DNA of 55,990 nucleotides from a virus (lineage: Duplodnaviria > Caudoviricetes). Position numbers and translations under genes: made by a program. The notes below the pieces were generated by a model. It was given only the letters and a program-made list of their open reading frames with translations, was not told where the DNA came from and did no database searches. Positions 54,004 to 55,990 of this stretch are shown here, one piece after another; positions within the stretch are counted from its first letter, which is position 1, and every line of letters starts with the position of its first letter. The stretch spans positions 1-55,990 of IMG/VR virus record IMGVR_UViG_3300030116_005147; one strand, given 5' to 3'.

Positions 54004-55990
54004 GTGACTACCCCCAAGACGTTCGGACTAAAGAAACCAACAGGCACAAGAAGTTTTGGTTTAAAGGAACCAACAGGCACAAGAAGTTTTGGTTTAAAGG
54101 AACCAAAAGGCACAACCAAAACCGATAAAAGTGCTGGTTCTCAAGAACCCACAGGCACAAGAAGTTTTGCTTTAGAGGAACCAAAGGATGTTTCTGAGTT
54201 TCTTGTACTTACAGAAACAAAACCGCCTCCGCAAGTAGCCGTCAAAGGCCAAGTGGCTGCTTTAAAGAACCCGAAAGATTACACAGACGAAGACTTAATC
54301 TTTCCCGAACGTCAGCTTCTAAAACAAACGGTTGATGTAAAGAAACGATTTGAGCAGCGAACAAGTCCTTGGTGGGTAGGCGCTCATACGGTTGGAACGG
54401 AGACTGTTGGTGGCGGGGTAGAGGTTCCTCAGTACGCTCGTGACAAAGACTTTGTCTATTACGCTGGGGCTCCTAACAGGATTGACGAAGTTATGGGCTT
54501 GACGCGAAGGGCTACGTATGAAGAGATAGACGCGAACATAGCCAAGTTAGTTGAGAAAGGGTTTAATCCCTCTATTGCTTTGGAAATGGCACCGGTCTTG
54601 GCCTGGAAAGACGAGCTTTCCAGAGAAAAGGCGATGAAAAGTCGCTTTTCAAACAAGGCGTTGAAGAGTGATAGAGACTTATCTAACGAATATGTACAGA
54701 GTGTTGGTGAGTTTTTAAAAGAAGAAACAGATCTTCGCTTGGCTGTGGAGGAGCTTTACCGAGATACAATCGCTAAGTTCTCTGTAGATCAAAAATATCC
54801 TGAGACAAAAGAACAACAGGTAGCTGCACTAAGGAAACTCAACGCCGAAGGAACAGAGCAAGACAAAGAAATCGCAGAACACGGCTTTAACTACCTGCAG
54901 GACACGAGGTATTTGCTAAGAGCCGCAGGCGAAGAATACAACACAGGGGTTAAAATCTCTGAGCAGCTACAGAAGACAGCTTGGATTCGGCAACGAAACG
55001 TCTTATCGGACGAGATAGCAAAAGAAATAAAAGACAATGCTCCTGAAAACTACGCACAAGCATCTGCCTTAGCAGAAGAAATTGTAGGGCTAAAAGGAAA
55101 CGACGAGCAGTTTGAGTACTACGTAGATCCCTCTGGCTACGCTACCACGTCGGGCCTGAAGACTTTGGGAAAAGCCACTTTGTCGGACGACTACGTTCAA
55201 GGCTCTATAAAGTCTGGTATTTACGTAGACCAGGAAGGCGCTGATGTTTTATCTGTTCGTCCTTTTGGCGGTGGAGGAACACTTAGAAAAAAAGACAGCC
55301 CGTTACCGGAAGACTTCAAAGCCCTCTACGAGAACTACGACCGCTACCAAGCAGCCGTTAAGAAGGCGGCACAAGACAAAAACCCGCAGATGCTGAGTCA
55401 GCTCATTGCGTATAAGAAAGCATACGGTGCGCTTCGTGCGTACGAAGCAGGTTTCCAGGTAGGCGAGAAAGTAGAGCTTCAAGGCCAACGCATTGTGCGG
55501 AGGCCAGACGAAAAAGGAGCGGCTGCGGCGGAGAGAGAAGCGGCTACTAAGTGGGCTCGCGAGATTATTTTCTTAAACGATGTTCTTGCTTATCGAAATA
55601 ACCTTGTTGCACAGCAAGTAGATACAGCGGCTGAGTTCGCTGGAGTCGATCCCAGAGCAATGGCTGAGATTGTTTTTAGTAGGAAGCTACAAGCTTCTGG
55701 CGCAAAAGCAAATGAGCAGGCGTTTGATTATGAAGCTACCTTTAACGCCATCAAAGAACATCAAATGACCGTAATCGCTCAGTCTTTGGGGTATGAAGAC
55801 TACGAAGACATGGCGTATTCTGCAGATACAGTGGAAAGTCTTTCCAGTCCCGATGCACGAAAAGGCGAGTACACGTACATAAACAGTTTAGGCGATGAGA
55901 TTACTATACGTGTCACTAATAGTCCCAGCGACAGACTAAGCCATTATGCAGAAAAAATTGCTCACCAGAAAGCAAAGAAGATTATCAACC
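54004..55990 (+). CDS. N-terminal part of the giant virion protein (continues at 97-8060)
   Basis: GGAGG RBS then GTG at 54004; I read the frame codon by codon and found no stop to the window end; missed by the ORF track. Confidence 0.85.
   Translation, partial: MTTPKTFGLKKPTGTRSFGLKEPTGTRSFGLKEPKGTTKTDKSAGSQEPTGTRSFALEEPKDVSEFLVLTETKPPPQVAVKGQVAALKNPKDYTDEDLIFPERQLLKQTVDVKKRFEQRTSPWWVGAHTVGTETVGGGVEVPQYARDKDFVYYAGAPNRIDEVMGLTRRATYEEIDANIAKLVEKGFNPSIALEMAPVLAWKDELSREKAMKSRFSNKALKSDRDLSNEYVQSVGEFLKEETDLRLAVEELYRDTIAKFSVDQKYPETKEQQVAALRKLNAEGTEQDKEIAEHGFNYLQDTRYLLRAAGEEYNTGVKISEQLQKTAWIRQRNVLSDEIAKEIKDNAPENYAQASALAEEIVGLKGNDEQFEYYVDPSGYATTSGLKTLGKATLSDDYVQGSIKSGIYVDQEGADVLSVRPFGGGGTLRKKDSPLPEDFKALYENYDRYQAAVKKAAQDKNPQMLSQLIAYKKAYGALRAYEAGFQVGEKVELQGQRIVRRPDEKGAAAAEREAATKWAREIIFLNDVLAYRNNLVAQQVDTAAEFAGVDPRAMAEIVFSRKLQASGAKANEQAFDYEATFNAIKEHQMTVIAQSLGYEDYEDMAYSADTVESLSSPDARKGEYTYINSLGDEITIRVTNSPSDRLSHYAEKIAHQKAKKIIN
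54035..54183 (+). repeat. 33-bp coding tandem repeat (EPTGTRSFGLK)
   Basis: Units at 54035, 54068, partial 54101, diverged 54146. Confidence 0.85.
55895..55990. repeat. Terminal direct repeat (copy 2)
   Basis: Identical to 1-96. Confidence 0.95.

Noticed and set aside
54035-54183. 33-bp repeats as a mini CRISPR array
   Set aside because: Head-to-tail with no unique spacers and in frame within a protein
496-55488. Numerous antisense and alternate-frame ORFs in the track (e.g. 27674-28579, 37487-38224, 43017-43865, 49252-49962)
   Set aside because: They shadow well-supported genes on the opposite strand and lack RBS or motifs
55895-55990. 96-bp terminal repeat as a biological direct terminal repeat
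   Set aside because: It falls in the middle of an ORF that reads through the junction; most simply an assembler overlap of a circular or permuted genome
1-55990. Reverse transcriptase/DGR/retron, tRNAs, integrase, RNA polymerase, purZ-type base-modification genes, stop-codon reassignment
   Set aside because: No YxDD-type RT, cloverleaf, recombinase or RNAP motifs recognised by eye; genes are intact under the standard code and TAA, TAG and TGA all act as stops; divergent cases cannot be excluded without searches

Overview
The window is a complete, circularly closed genome (about 55,894 bp; bases 1-96 are repeated at 55895-55990) of a tailed dsDNA phage with podovirus-type architecture. I see no integrase, RNA polymerase, tRNA or CRISPR array. 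The + strand late arm (36241 through the junction to 13387) runs: terminase, portal, scaffold, major capsid, adaptor/nozzle-like tail proteins, three putative ejection proteins, fibre/decoration proteins and a lysis cassette. The largest ejection candidate is a single ORF of about 3,316 aa that crosses the contig junction. The - strand carries a replication module (primase-VirE helicase, Cas4-like nuclease, SF2 helicase, probable SSB, family A DNA polymerase, RuvC-like resolvase) and an array of small early genes, including a Dam-family methylase and a DUF932-like gene. A small + strand island of basic proteins sits between these. The most notable non-standard signals are: (1) an iteron-like origin candidate, with an NrdR-box-like operator on the replication promoter and an adjacent NrdR-like Zn-ribbon gene lacking the ATP cone; (2) a short F-[AS]-G-I-[EG]-N motif shared by three replication proteins; (3) early genes joined by two families of repeated junction sequences and telomere-like G-tract repeats; (4) a 1.3-kb structured non-coding control region with IHF-consensus sites and strong GATC/GGCC enrichment next to the terminase. 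All functional calls come from motif recognition by eye; no database searches were run.
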